Below are positions 39,650-50,500 of a stretch of 64,000 bases of DNA, one piece after another. The notes below the pieces were generated by a model. That model searched no databases. It was not told the origin of the DNA and worked only from the letters and a program-made list of their open reading frames with translations. Position 1 is the first letter of the stretch. Every line of letters starts with the position of its first letter. This stretch comes from Raillietiella orientalis (Eukaryota): NCBI GenBank assembly GCA_036172245.1, contig JAYWIR010000002.1:4588001-4652000 (forward strand), read 5' to 3'. A program made the translations under genes and the position numbers.

Positions 39650-41050
39650 AGTTTCATGAATGGTCACTGGAAGTGGCTGAAAGGTCACATCGGGGGTGCC
39701 AACCATTTGAACGGAGAGCCGCTGAAGAGAATCGAATAAAAGTAACAAGGATGCACGGAGCAGAAGACATCTTCGCCGTCATCGAAAGAACCGACCACGG
39801 GAGGAAGAGACGATTCCCAAAGACGCGGTCTCCTCGTGCTGATTTTTTTCTTCTTTTCCCTCCACGACGCCGCCCAGGCGAAACGGTGTGTCTCGAGATT
39901 TTCAAGCATTCAGAAGCTGAAGTAAAAAGATGGTGACCAAGGGAACTTCCTCTTATCACGCGCTACACTGCCAAGAAGCTCGAAGATAGGAGCGGCATCC
40001 ACCGGATGGAGGTTTTCGGATGCCGCCAAGCAAGGAGTTTGGCTCGGATCCTTCCCGTCGGGCGCGCTATCATCGTCAGCGGCAGCCGCAGGGCACCGAA
40101 GATGAGCATGGATTCTCATTTTCCTCATCCTGGAAAGAGTCTGAACAGGAAGGGGCAGGCGAAGCACATGGCTCCTCTGGCGACGAGATCGGAACCAAAG
40201 CACGTCTCTGGATGCACACAGGGCGGAGGACTGATCCTCTCTTTCAGGGCACATCTGGAAGGGTGCAGCTCAGAAGAGACCCTTTCGTGACGCCTCCGAA
40301 AATTTGCCTGAGGGTTTCTGTTGTTGGATGAAGGGTGCATCCTTCGGTGAAAGTGGGCGAAGGTGTCAGTCACCCTTGTCTCCCTGCAGGAATCTGCGCC
40401 TTGGTACTGCTTGTTGTCTGTGCTGCAACAGTGCCACTGTTGACGTCTTTGCAAGTAGAGGAACTCCACGCCTTCCGCAAATGAGATGCATCCGAATGGG
40501 AGAGGAGCAGGTTCGTCTCCTCATCGGGATGGCTGTTTCTCCACGAGACCGCCAGACGTTAGAGAGGAAGCTTCCACTTCTAGACGGTCCGCTGGAGGAT
40601 GGGAGTCGCCTTGCGCAGATGTTCGTTCTCTTCTCACAGGTGCCCTCCTCGTTCGTGACCTCGGGATACTTCCCGAGATCACGAACGGCGGCGTCCCGTC
40701 CCGCCTAGCGGGAACGAACCCACGGAACGAACGGAAACCCCAGCCAGCCTTCCTAATTTCTTGTGCACGGAAAGCCTCAGAATACGGAGGAGCTGCACAT
40801 CAGGACCCCGCCCCGAATCATGGCGAGTGGGAGTGGGAAGTGGAGGCACGGTCTCTCCTATTCTCCCAAGCTTCTCCGCAGTATCAGCGCACGGTCTGGC
40901 ACTGGGTTGCCCGCTCTGAGGAACCCCGCGTGGCTGGGTCGTTGCGATCCCGCCGGCATCCAGTACCGTGTAGTGGGGAGGGTGACTTCCTGATTCCTGG
41001 AGAGGAAACTCGACGACACAAGGTGCATTCAACTCCCCCGGCGCACGTGT
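39650..41050 (+). mobile_element. Decayed L1/Tx1 ORF2 fragment
   Basis: 40640-40735 aligns with 45108-45186 (TTCGTGACCTCG..CGTCCCGCCT.GCGGGAACG.ACCCACGGAACGAACGG), the 5' part of the Tx1-like insert. Upstream RT-like debris. Confidence 0.55.
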
Positions 41051-42249
41051 CAGCGTGTTCAGCATTCGAGCGGCTACCTGGAGACCCGATCCCCAAATGG
41101 GCGCTTTCCTAAGCGATTCCTCAAGAGAAGTTTTCTCGGACGAATCCCCGGAGTTTTCCGGAAATCCCCTGACGTCACAAACTGCATTTTTCACCCGGTC
41201 ACTTCCGCATGTTCCGGAGGATTCCTCTGCTTGGAGCGGTCGCCGGAAGAGGTCCACACAGAGCAATTGAGGGAAGAGAGCTAATAAAAAAAAAATCAAT
41301 ACGTATTAAACAAAAAAGTACCGAAATGCTGAGGTGAGGGGAGGGATCACAGGTCTCTCCCTGGTGGCCACTGCATCCCCTCAAGGCTGCCGGTGAGTTC
41401 TTCCTCCTGGTCGTCAGCCTCAGGCGCGGTCACCTCGCCACGTTCCCCAGGAGCGAGAAGAAGGGGATGGCGGCTTCCCTGCTGTTCCGACCCGTGTCGT
41501 CGGGGTTTCCAGCCGACACGATGCCGCGAGCGCAGCGCGAAAACCGCGATCGCCGCGGCAGGTGGCACGGAGCCATCTGACCGAGACTCTATTGGGATAG
41601 TCTTCTAAGAGGGTCAGGGACGTGGTCAAACGTGCCCACTCACACACCGGAGGACAGCACTTTCGAAAGGCAGGCGCGCAAAGTCTCTCTTTGGCTGCAC
41701 CTCTGTCACAGTCCGGGGTCACGGTTCCCCTGATCCAGCAGTGGAGGTGCGCGTCGCATGAGAAGTCACAACGCCGAGTCTTGCCTCTTCTCGAGAGCCG
41801 CCTCCTTCACTCGACTGGAATCTTCGTAAAGTCTTTCTCCTGATGAGCGTTCACCTTGTGGATCCTCGATCTTGTAATGCACCCTGCAGATTGTCCACAT
41901 TCTCTACCTTGCTGTTCCTCAGTCCATCAGAAGGCGTGCAAGAGCAGCTGCCTCTTCGAAAGTGCGGTTATCAATGAGCTGTGTTGGGGGGAGGGGGGGT
42001 ACGTTGAAAGATTGATGCCAGAGTAGAAGAGGAGGAAATCGTGGCTCTCAGACAGTGCCGTGATGACCACCGACCCGATGAAAACGGAAAAGTTGATGAG
42101 CGATGCGAGAGCCAGACTACGGGTTGCCGCAGGTATTCACTGTTCCCAAGATTCAGAAAGTCAGGGATGGATGCACGTGGAGCTCATGTGCCCTCTTTCC
42201 TCTTCCCTTTCAGAAGAATGAGGGAGTTTCTGTCAAAAAAAAAAAAAAT

Positions 42250-42930
42250 CCCCTAAAGTGGCAGGAATCGGCGACCCTGCTGTTGCATTGGAGCCTCCCG
42301 TGCCTCATCATCGTACCCGTGGGAGTGCAAGCCCGAACTGCAAGTGCGGAGAAAGAGTCCCTCCCGCACCTGTTCGTGGATGATGTTGCTCTCCTTCCCA
42401 TGTGGGAGCGCTTTCCGCGTCCCTGCGGATCCCCGAGGGCAACCCCAGAGACGTTCTGGAGCGCCTCTTCCCGCGAGAAACCCTCACGCCGGCCGCATCT
42501 CTAGCAGCCTACGCGGGATCGTGGCTGCATGAAGCAAGGCAAGAGGAGTCCAGGACGATAGGAACACCATCTATTTCTCCGTCCTATTCTTGAGGATAGT
42601 GTCAAGATAGTCTCATCTGGGAATGATAAACAGGAACCTGCCAGCATCCTGCAAAGGATGAAGAGAACGCCCTACAGCAACCGATGATCTCTTCCTCAAC
42701 CTTCCCAATTTTTTTTGTATATATTTGTTGATTTATTTTTTGTTTTGTTTTTCCTGTCCCCTCACCCCCCACCCCGCTGCCTAGGACAACCTCGCCGGTC
42801 TGTGTGCCAGCTCTAGGCAGGTTGTCATGGTTACATTTGTAACGTGGCAGGACCAAGAGTCCTGCCACTGACTGACTTGTATGTTTATTTTTATATAAAT
42901 GAACACCCCTGCGCAACCTGGTGTTAAGTC
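42250..42930 (+). mobile_element. L1/Tx1 3'-end copy (diverged)
   Basis: PLKWQESATLLLHWSLP..ESLPHLFVDDVALLPMWERF, 3' hairpin at 42844-42868 and T-rich UTR. Confidence 0.8.
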
Positions 42931-42934
42931 ACTT

Positions 42935-43435
42935 CCGAGGATGCGCGGAGCTATCCGGGAACGCTGCAGAGATCTCCACTTCTTCCGACGGGATTCCAAG
43001 GAGACCCGCCTGGCAAGGTCCTTTCTTTCGGGCGCTCCCCTAAAGGAGCGGCGTGCTTCTTGTACACACTGGTGAGGCGTCATCAATCCACCAGCTCCAT
43101 GGTACGAGATGGAGGGTCTCCACTGAGGAAGGGGACGACGTCTCCACTGCACAATCGGAGGGGAACCTCGAAGGGAACCTCACTCCTCGATTTTGTTTCC
43201 TGGAAGAACCTCGGAGGGTCGACTCCCAATCTCGGCCATTCATCGGGGGCATCTGTTTTTTTTAGCGGCAACCAGTGCCGCACCCGAATGCAAGCTAACC
43301 ATCTCCATTTTGCGGGGAGAACTTGGAACCCACGATGCACTCATTTCTCTGGCATCGCTCTTCCCCCAAGTGGGATTCGAACCCGCTACGCTTTAGGCCA
43401 CGCGAGCAGATCGTAACCACGTGGCTTCCGACGTG
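42935..43435 (-). mobile_element. tRNA-derived SINE, empty target site
   Basis: B box GGGTTCGAATCCC (43372-43384 on minus) and a single ACCAGTGCCGCACCCGAA at 43271-43288. Confidence 0.8.
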
Positions 43436-43479
43436 GAGAGGGTGGCGAGGGTGGAAGGGCGATCCATTTGACGCGCCGC

Positions 43480-44230
43480 CCATTATCCCAGTCACTCTTC
43501 TTTTTCCCTGCGAACTCGCAGTTTGTTTCCCATCTTGTGGGCTGGTGACTGCCCTGGCCGTGCTGCAGGGACAACGGCGTCGCAGCAGGAGGGGTTTGCT
43601 AGGTCCACGGGGTCTTCCTCGGTCAGTCCATCATCGCCTTCAGAGAGCAACGAGGGCAATGAGAGCTCCGCAGGTGTTGCCTTCTTTCCACGCTCGCGCC
43701 TCTGATCCTCGCCCTCGCCTGGGCTGCTTCCTGTTTCCAGGAACCACAGTTCGTCGGTGAGCTAAGGGTCCAGGAGTGGTCCTGAGCCAAGGCAACCACC
43801 TGCCGGAGCCGGCAGCCGCCTCACCGCGGCCGTATTCGGTAGCAGAGAACGAGGATCGAGGTGAGTCCTTCAGAACCGGCTGCCCACTTGGTCGGAATGC
43901 TGGATGGCACGCGTCAACGGCTCCAGAAGTTCGCCTCCAGGGCTGTTCTTCGGGACTGGAGCTGACACTCCTTTTCTTTAAGCGTCGGGAGTCCAGAGAA
44001 AGCCGTCCCGGCGAGGGTCGTAGAAACCCTTCGAGTGGACTCGGGACCTCTGCTGCTCCAGAAGGCTTTTCTGGGAGTGACCTCGGTCCGATTCTTCATG
44101 CTACCGGGAGGGAAGACCAAACAAAAAGGAAGGATCGGAGGATGGGGGCCAAGAAAGTGCTCCAGATGATGGCCCGTTCGGACAAGAGAAACCCGCCATC
44201 CTGGAGCGGGCAGAGGGCCGACTCTGCCTT
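43480..44230 (-). mobile_element. Possible decayed L1-type C-terminal fragment
   Basis: Minus translation contains GSWKQ..SSHCPRC. Confidence 0.25.
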
Positions 44231-44259
44231 TCGAAGATAGCCGGGCCTCTCCTTCTCCG

Positions 44260-44560
44260 GGAAGAAACTCCCCAGAGGCGCACTGAAGTACGCGAAGTAC
44301 CGAACTGTGCGGGTTCCCGAGCGGATCCGATCAGGCTGCCCTGACCGCGACGCACCAGCTGCACACACGTGCGGGACACATTCGTCCCGCTGTCCACCGT
44401 GCCAGTACCGCGACAAGATCATCACGAAGCATCCTGCTTCGAGCGCTGCCTCCGAGACTGACGAGGGAGGCCGAGTCGGAACGCCGACATGGTACTCCGA
44501 CCCGGAAGGCACGTCGGGTCACGGGCTCGGCAAAGTGGCGGCCGCAGTCTCCATGCGTGC
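44260..44560 (+). mobile_element. Possible L1/Tx1 ORF1 fragment
   Basis: AKYRTV..TWYSDP resembles the better-preserved ORF1 at 63.6-64 kb (AKYCTV..LWYVGKP). Confidence 0.3.
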
Positions 44561-44769
44561 TCTCAGCACCGACTCGAAGCGGGTACCGGAGAGTGCAGGA
44601 GCCGGGTCGCCACCCTGCCTAGTGTCCACCGCACCAGCACCCCGGAAGCCTTCCGACCGCTGAAACAGGTGCTGGCGAGGGCTGCTGTGCCATGCTGATT
44701 CCGTCGGCGGCCTCTCATCCTTGCCGTTTCGCTACGACGCAGCTGTCCATTAGGATGCCACCACTGAAC

Positions 44770-46202
44770 GACTCACTGGAGGGGGGCGCTCCTAAAATTT
44801 CTTCTCCGGAAAGACGCACTGGAAAGGATCCGTTCCTCATTTCCTCCTCTGAAGAGAACCCCGAAAAGAAGCCTCTCAATTTCTCTGGAGGGAGCAGAGC
44901 ACTTCTTCTTAATACCCTGGAGAGACAAACCTCCCCCCCTAAGGGGGTATCAACCAACCCCATAGTACGGCTCCATTCTCGCAATCGGAGGAGGACCCCG
45001 AAGGGAGTTGGTCCTTGATTCCTGGGACCCTGGAAGGTCGACTTCCATTCCCAACCACTCATCGGGGACATCAGGTTTCCGGTTTTTACCAGTGCTTCCT
45101 CACTTTTGCCCTTCTCATTCGTGACCTCGAGATTCTTCCGACAGGTCCCGTCCCGCCTCGCGGGAACGGACCCACGGAACGAACGGGTGCTCAGTACCAA
45201 CGGATCAGCTCACCGACTCTGCGATCCCGATTGCTCGACCTCGTGAACTGTTGCTCTGGGGCTTGAAGATTGGGTATTCCAGAAGAAGACCTGAAGTGGC
45301 CCCGGTGCTCGTGAACACCCTCACCCTCCCCTTGAAGTGGCAGCAGTCGGCATTGATGCTGCTGCACTGGACCCTTCCGTTCAACGCCCGCCGGCATCGT
45401 TGAACAAGGGTGTTTGTGGATCCCAACTGTGCAAGGTGAGGAAAGCGGCAATTCCTCCCGTGTCTGCTCGTGGACTGTGTTGCCATCCGGCCCCTTTGGG
45501 AACGCTTTGCTGCGACCCTTGGAACTCCCAGCGGCAATGTCAGACATGTTCTTAGGCGGCTCCTCCTGGGAGACGCCCTCACTCCGGCCCCATCCCTAGC
45601 AGCACTGTGCTGCCCACGCGGCGGGACCGTGGCTGCATGGAGCAACGCCAGAGGAGGCCGGAACGACAGTGACCTCATCTATTTTGTCGTCCTCCTCGTG
45701 AGGACAGAGCCAATATGGCCCATCTGGAAAGCATTAAACAGAAACTTGCCGGCATCCTTACGAGGAGGCAAAGGACACCCTCTAGCTCACAGTGATCCCT
45801 TCCCAGCCCCCTCCCCTCCAGTTTTTTAACTGTATGTTTCTTGTTTTATGTTTTTTTTTTTCTTTTTGTTTGTCTCTCCTTTCCCTGTGCTGCCGAGGCG
45901 AAGCCGCTAGTCTGCGTGTCAGTTCCTGGCAGTTTCCTTCTCGTAGTTATGAGCAACGTGGCAGGATCAAATGTCCTGCCACGGACGTGTGTGTTTATGT
46001 TGTAAATAAACTCCCCGGAGTGACCAAGTATCAACCAGTGCCGCACCCGAACAGGCCAACCAGCGTCATATTGAAGGGAGGCGGGGGGGGGAATCAAAAC
46101 CCAGGACGCATCCCTCATTCCTCGGCTCGAATCCTTCCCCGGGTGGGATTCGAACCGGCAACGCTTTACATGGAGATCGCAGCCACACTTTTGCCAACGC
46201 GG
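44770..46202 (-). mobile_element. tRNA-derived SINE carrying an antisense Tx1-like insert
   Basis: B box GGTTCGAATCCC (46145-46156 on minus). Body at 44770-45095. Confidence 0.85.
45096..46033 (+). mobile_element. 5'-truncated L1/Tx1 3' end with target-site duplication
   Basis: Flanked by ACCAGTGC at 45088-45095 and 46034-46041. ORF2 C-terminal translation carries stops. Confidence 0.9.
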
Positions 46203-46407
46203 GACACCGTGCCATGAGCATCAGGCACGGTCCTCGTAATCAGTCTGTTATCTTGCGCCGGTGTACCAACTACTTGAGATAAAAAGGCATTCGAATAATT
46301 ATCACATTTCAAACTGGTCAATGGCCTAATCAATAATTTAATAAATGAACGATACTATGGATTGATAATATAATTCAGCAGAACATACTTTAAAGCGGGG
46401 AGACACG

Positions 46408-46492
46408 GTGGAATGAACTGATCCAGTGACAATCTGCCTTTGTACAGGAGCAGACTCTCACCTGTAAACAAGTTTCGGTGTGGGTAATACGA
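46408..46492 (-). mobile_element. piggyBac transposase scrap
   Basis: YYPHRNLFTGESLLLYKGRLSLDQFIP matches the piggyBac motif Y.P...LSIDESLLLxKGRLSFxQYIP, with the catalytic D lost. Confidence 0.65.
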
Positions 46493-47614
46493 ATCATCGA
46501 TGACGCTCGTAGAACCCATCAATTGTTTCTCGCACTCTGTACAGACGATGAGGATCGGTTCCGTGCTCGTCAGCGAAATGCGGCAGCAGCGAGTAAGCGA
46601 CCTCTGCTTACCGCTTCGCGAGTGGGAAGTCGCTTGGCAACAGTTTATCTCTGCTCCGGTATGCCTCTGATGATCATTTTTTTGTTCCGTGTCATCAGTA
46701 ACGGAGAAGCGGACGAGACGGTTCAATCCGCTTAGCGTTGTGCCTTCTGCAAAAATCACCACTACCATCTCGGTATGCAGGCCACAGCTGGCGTCGGGAG
46801 AGAAAAGGCTGGGCTCCACTCACGGAGGTCCTGCAGATCCCGATAACGAAGACAGCACCGGTCATTGCCATGCCAGGAAGAAGAAAGAGAAGATCTATCA
46901 GCCCTGGTGCTCGCGCGTCAGGACCATTCGTGCCAGAATCCTGGTCGAGGAACTGCCAGTTATTACCCAATGGCGCCAAGACACTGATGCGTGCGTATCC
47001 GTGGATGCAACGGTGCTTCCACCGGCGCTTGTGATCTTCACCTCGCATCTTGCTGTATCCTTCGTGCATCTGTGCTCTGTTCCGCGTGCGATGAAGGTGA
47101 CCTCTCTCGGCAGTTAAACGATCGCGATGTCATCTCTACCAGCGCGTGATGTGAGCCCACTCAACAACCGCACATCGGAACAGAATCAGTTGGGCTCAAG
47201 ATCAAGACGAAGATAAAGAGAGGAACAGGGACAGCGCACCAACGCGGATAAGGAGGATTCTCGAAGGAAAATGGATAGAAGGATCTTTATTGAAGTTATC
47301 CAATCTTTTTTTTTTTTTTTCCCGTGTCACGGATGCATCGCAACACTTACCGATCCCTAATTTTTTTTTGCCAACCTTCCTCTCTGGTAACTTTTACTTT
47401 TGTGCATTTCTTGGAAAAGAGTTGACTCAACGCGATGGAACGCGAGGCATCTTTTTCACGAGACAGATTCCCAGATTCGCCGCTGAAAGAAACCAAGGAA
47501 AGCGGAAGCGTCGGAACTCTGGTTGAAGATGGGAAAAGGAGGAGGAAAAAGAAAGAAAGAGAGCACCTCATCTTCACTGCGGCAAAGGTGCTCATCCCCT
47601 ACAACTAAGATCTA

Positions 47615-48133
47615 AGATCCATTCCTCCCTCCCCCACCCCATAGCTGCAACTCTGAAGAATCCGTTGTAGGACGCTCGCAAGGGAGGGAGAGACAGATAG
47701 GTGCGATGTTCGAGCGGTACTGCACGGGGCAATACAGGTGAAGGATGGCCAAGCCGTACCGATTGAACTGAATACAGGGTCACGAACCGGAAATTCGTGG
47801 ATGCATGATCTTCAATGGATCGACTACCCTGCGCACTTGGGACGGAAGCGGCTCGGAGAAGTAGCCGGTGTCCTTCACATCGTCCTCTCCCTGGTGCATC
47901 TCGATGTCTTCCATGTTGGCACTGGGGGAGGAAGGCAAGCAGCTGGTCCTAAGCCTTTCGCTAGAGAGGAGAGATGCCCCTCCCAGTACGTTCCCTTCCA
48001 TTCCAGCCGAGGACCTGTCCGAAGAGCAAGAAATGAAGAAGGAGCAGAGGACTCGCCAAGCTTCCAGAGTTAAGATGAGTGCAAGGAAGATGGCTGCAAG
48101 CTGTACCTCACAGGGATGCCACTCCTCTGGCAC
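47615..48133 (-). pseudogene. Trypsin-family (S1A) serine protease pseudogene, N-terminal half
   Basis: EEWHPCEVQL..GGASLLSSERLRTSCL..GEDDVKD..EPLPSQVRRV..IMHP*..YGLAILHLYCPVQYRSNIAPICL / VAAMGWGR. Catalytic His and Asp are lost, with a stop and a frameshift. Confidence 0.75.
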
Positions 48134-48169
48134 AGATAAAAAAGTAGGTATGGCTGCTTCCCTACTTCG

Positions 48170-48870
48170 CCCTACGATTTTGGCTGCTCTTCTTTTAGCT
48201 TTTTTATTTCTTTGGTCTCAAGGAGTGCTGAAAAACCGCTTGCCTCTTTGGGGAGGCGGGAGGGAAGGGCACAAAGCTCTTTAAAGACTCTCCGCACCAC
48301 CAGAGGTGCATGTAACTCTTTTAGTTATAGAGAATACCCGGGAAGGGACCACCCCATGAATGCAGGAAGGCTCCTGAGGAAGGGGTCTGTTCCTCTCATA
48401 CACTTGGTAGAAAGCCCCAAAGGGAATCCACGCCCTGGTTGTCTCTGGAGGGAACCTGCAAGGGAGCCGCTCCTGGTTTCCTCCTCTGAGAGAACCCCAG
48501 AAGGATGCTTCCTGATTTTTCTCTGAAGAGTCGCTGTCGGAGTGAGCGGTGCGCTTCTGACACTCTGGAGAGGCACCCACCCAGGGGGATATTTTCAACC
48601 AGCTCCATGGTACGGCTCCCTTTCACAACCGGAGGCTCAACTTCCAATCTCGACCACTCAACGGGGGTGTCCGGCTTCCACCGATGGCGCACCCGAAGCC
48701 CGCGGACCAACCAGAGTCATCTCGCGAGGGAGGAGGGGGGCGGGGGCACTCGAAACCCACGACTCGCCTCCCCCGTTCTCGGAGTCGATCCTTTAAGTGG
48801 GGATTAGAATCCCTTAACTCTTAGTATTACGCGCGAAGCTGCAGCCACAGAAGTGGCCGCAGCGCCGGCC
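48170..48870 (-). mobile_element. tRNA-derived SINE, empty target site, decayed head
   Basis: Matches the family from the T-run tail through the tandem body to GGCTTCCACCGATGGCGCACCCGAA (48674-48698). Confidence 0.8.
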
Positions 48871-49919
48871 ACATCTACTCCCGCGAGCTCAACTTTGGTA
48901 AGTCGACGTCATTGTGCTCCTTAACGCTACGTCCTGGCTGAACAAAATGCTCCATGTGAGCATCCAGCGGGAATTTCTATAGCGCACAATGAGAATTGGA
49001 TAAGGAGCTGTGAGTTGCATGAATGCGAAACCAGTGCTGACCTCTGCGGCTCTTTGTCTGAGAAGGGAGTGGCTGAAGCATGGAATCGTGCAAAAGAGCA
49101 TCGCATCATCAGCGAACTCCCTCGAAGATGTGAGACTTCGAAAGAACAAGAAAATGAGAACTGCTTGCTGCAGGAGGCGAAAAAGCGGCGCAATGATCAG
49201 ATCAAAGGGTACAACACATGCGCCCAAAAATGTCAAGCTCACAAAAAGTTCCTCAAAGATGAAAGAGGTTTGCGGGCACGCTTTGCGCTATCTCTTCATG
49301 TGCCCCTCATCATCTCCTTGGCCCTCTGGAGTTGTCTCGCTCCTTTCAACCCCTTTCAGATTCTGCCCTCCGCCATTATCGAAATTTCGCCCCAGGTTCC
49401 AACGATTTCCCTCTCGAGTTCCAGGAAACTCGACACGGACTGTTCTGCGGACAGAGTTCATCTCCGTGCACCGGCTGGGCAACTTGCCCTGCGGGTGAAC
49501 AGCAATCTTCCTGAGAGGCCGTCCCGTCTCATCTTCATCGGTAGCATCCTTGCAGTGATCACTGCACAACTCATAGGACGAGCGCTAACGCTCCATGAGC
49601 AGAGAGAGGCGAAGAATTGCAAACGGGCTAACAAGGTCGACCTTCCCAAAGTGCACAACCTGACTGCACCATAAGGGGCATATTCTCGATGCAGTTCGGC
49701 GTGCTATGGCATGGGATGGAGGAACCAGGATGTTACCCATGAACCGAAAAAATCTTCCAGGCATGGAAAAGCAAGTGCGCGGCGAGGACGAGGCCTGTTC
49801 TGTTCGCAAACAACCCCCAACTCAATTTTTAGGTCTTAGGAAAGCCATGCGTTGAAACCAACCCAAAGTCACGCTTTACAGTTGCGATAGCAGACTGGTA
49901 GTGGTGTCATAGCTTATAA

Positions 49920-50500
49920 GCCGGCCAAGCAGGGAAGTTTATTATAAAAAATAATAAACATATATGTATAGGGCCTACAACATCCCAAAATGTCCGTAAC
50001 CTGCCCAGTGATCGGTGAGCAAATCGGCGAGGTTCGCCTTGGCAACGGAGGAGGAGGAAGCAAAAAAAATAAAACAAAAAAATATATATACAAAAAAATT
50101 GGGAGGGTTAGGGAAGGGATCACTGTCCACCGGAGGGAGTCCTCTCCATCCTTTCCAGGATGCCGGCAAGTTCCATCCGAGTACGCTCCAGGTGCGGCCA
50201 CCTTGCTGCCGTCCTCATGAAGCGCAGGGAGAAGCAGATGGCGTCCCTATCGCGCCGTCCTCCTCTCGCGTAGCTTCAGGCCGCCACAGTTGACGTCCAC
50301 AGTCCCCCGGTTCCAGGAACAGCGGCGGACGTTGCACAGGACACCCCATTGCAACATCAGAAGTGCCGACTCCTGCCACTTCAAGGGGAGGGCCAGGTTG
50401 TCTTCAGAGCTGGGAGCCACTCGAGGTCTTCCTGTGGATTCCCCAGCAGCTCACCCCAGCACAATAGTTTTTTCGGTGGGGCATTGGGAGCGCAGCGCCC
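49920..50500 (-). mobile_element. L1/Tx1 3'-end copy (diverged, internally deleted)
   Basis: GCCGACTCCTGCCACTTCAAGGGGAGGG, GGATGCCGGCAAGTTCC and GGGAAGGGATCACTG shared with the 30.0-30.5 kb copy. Confidence 0.75.

Noticed and set aside
49500-49580. LDLa- or THAP-like motif CSDHCKDATDE
   Set aside because: Cysteine spacing is incomplete and there are no supporting domains or splice context.
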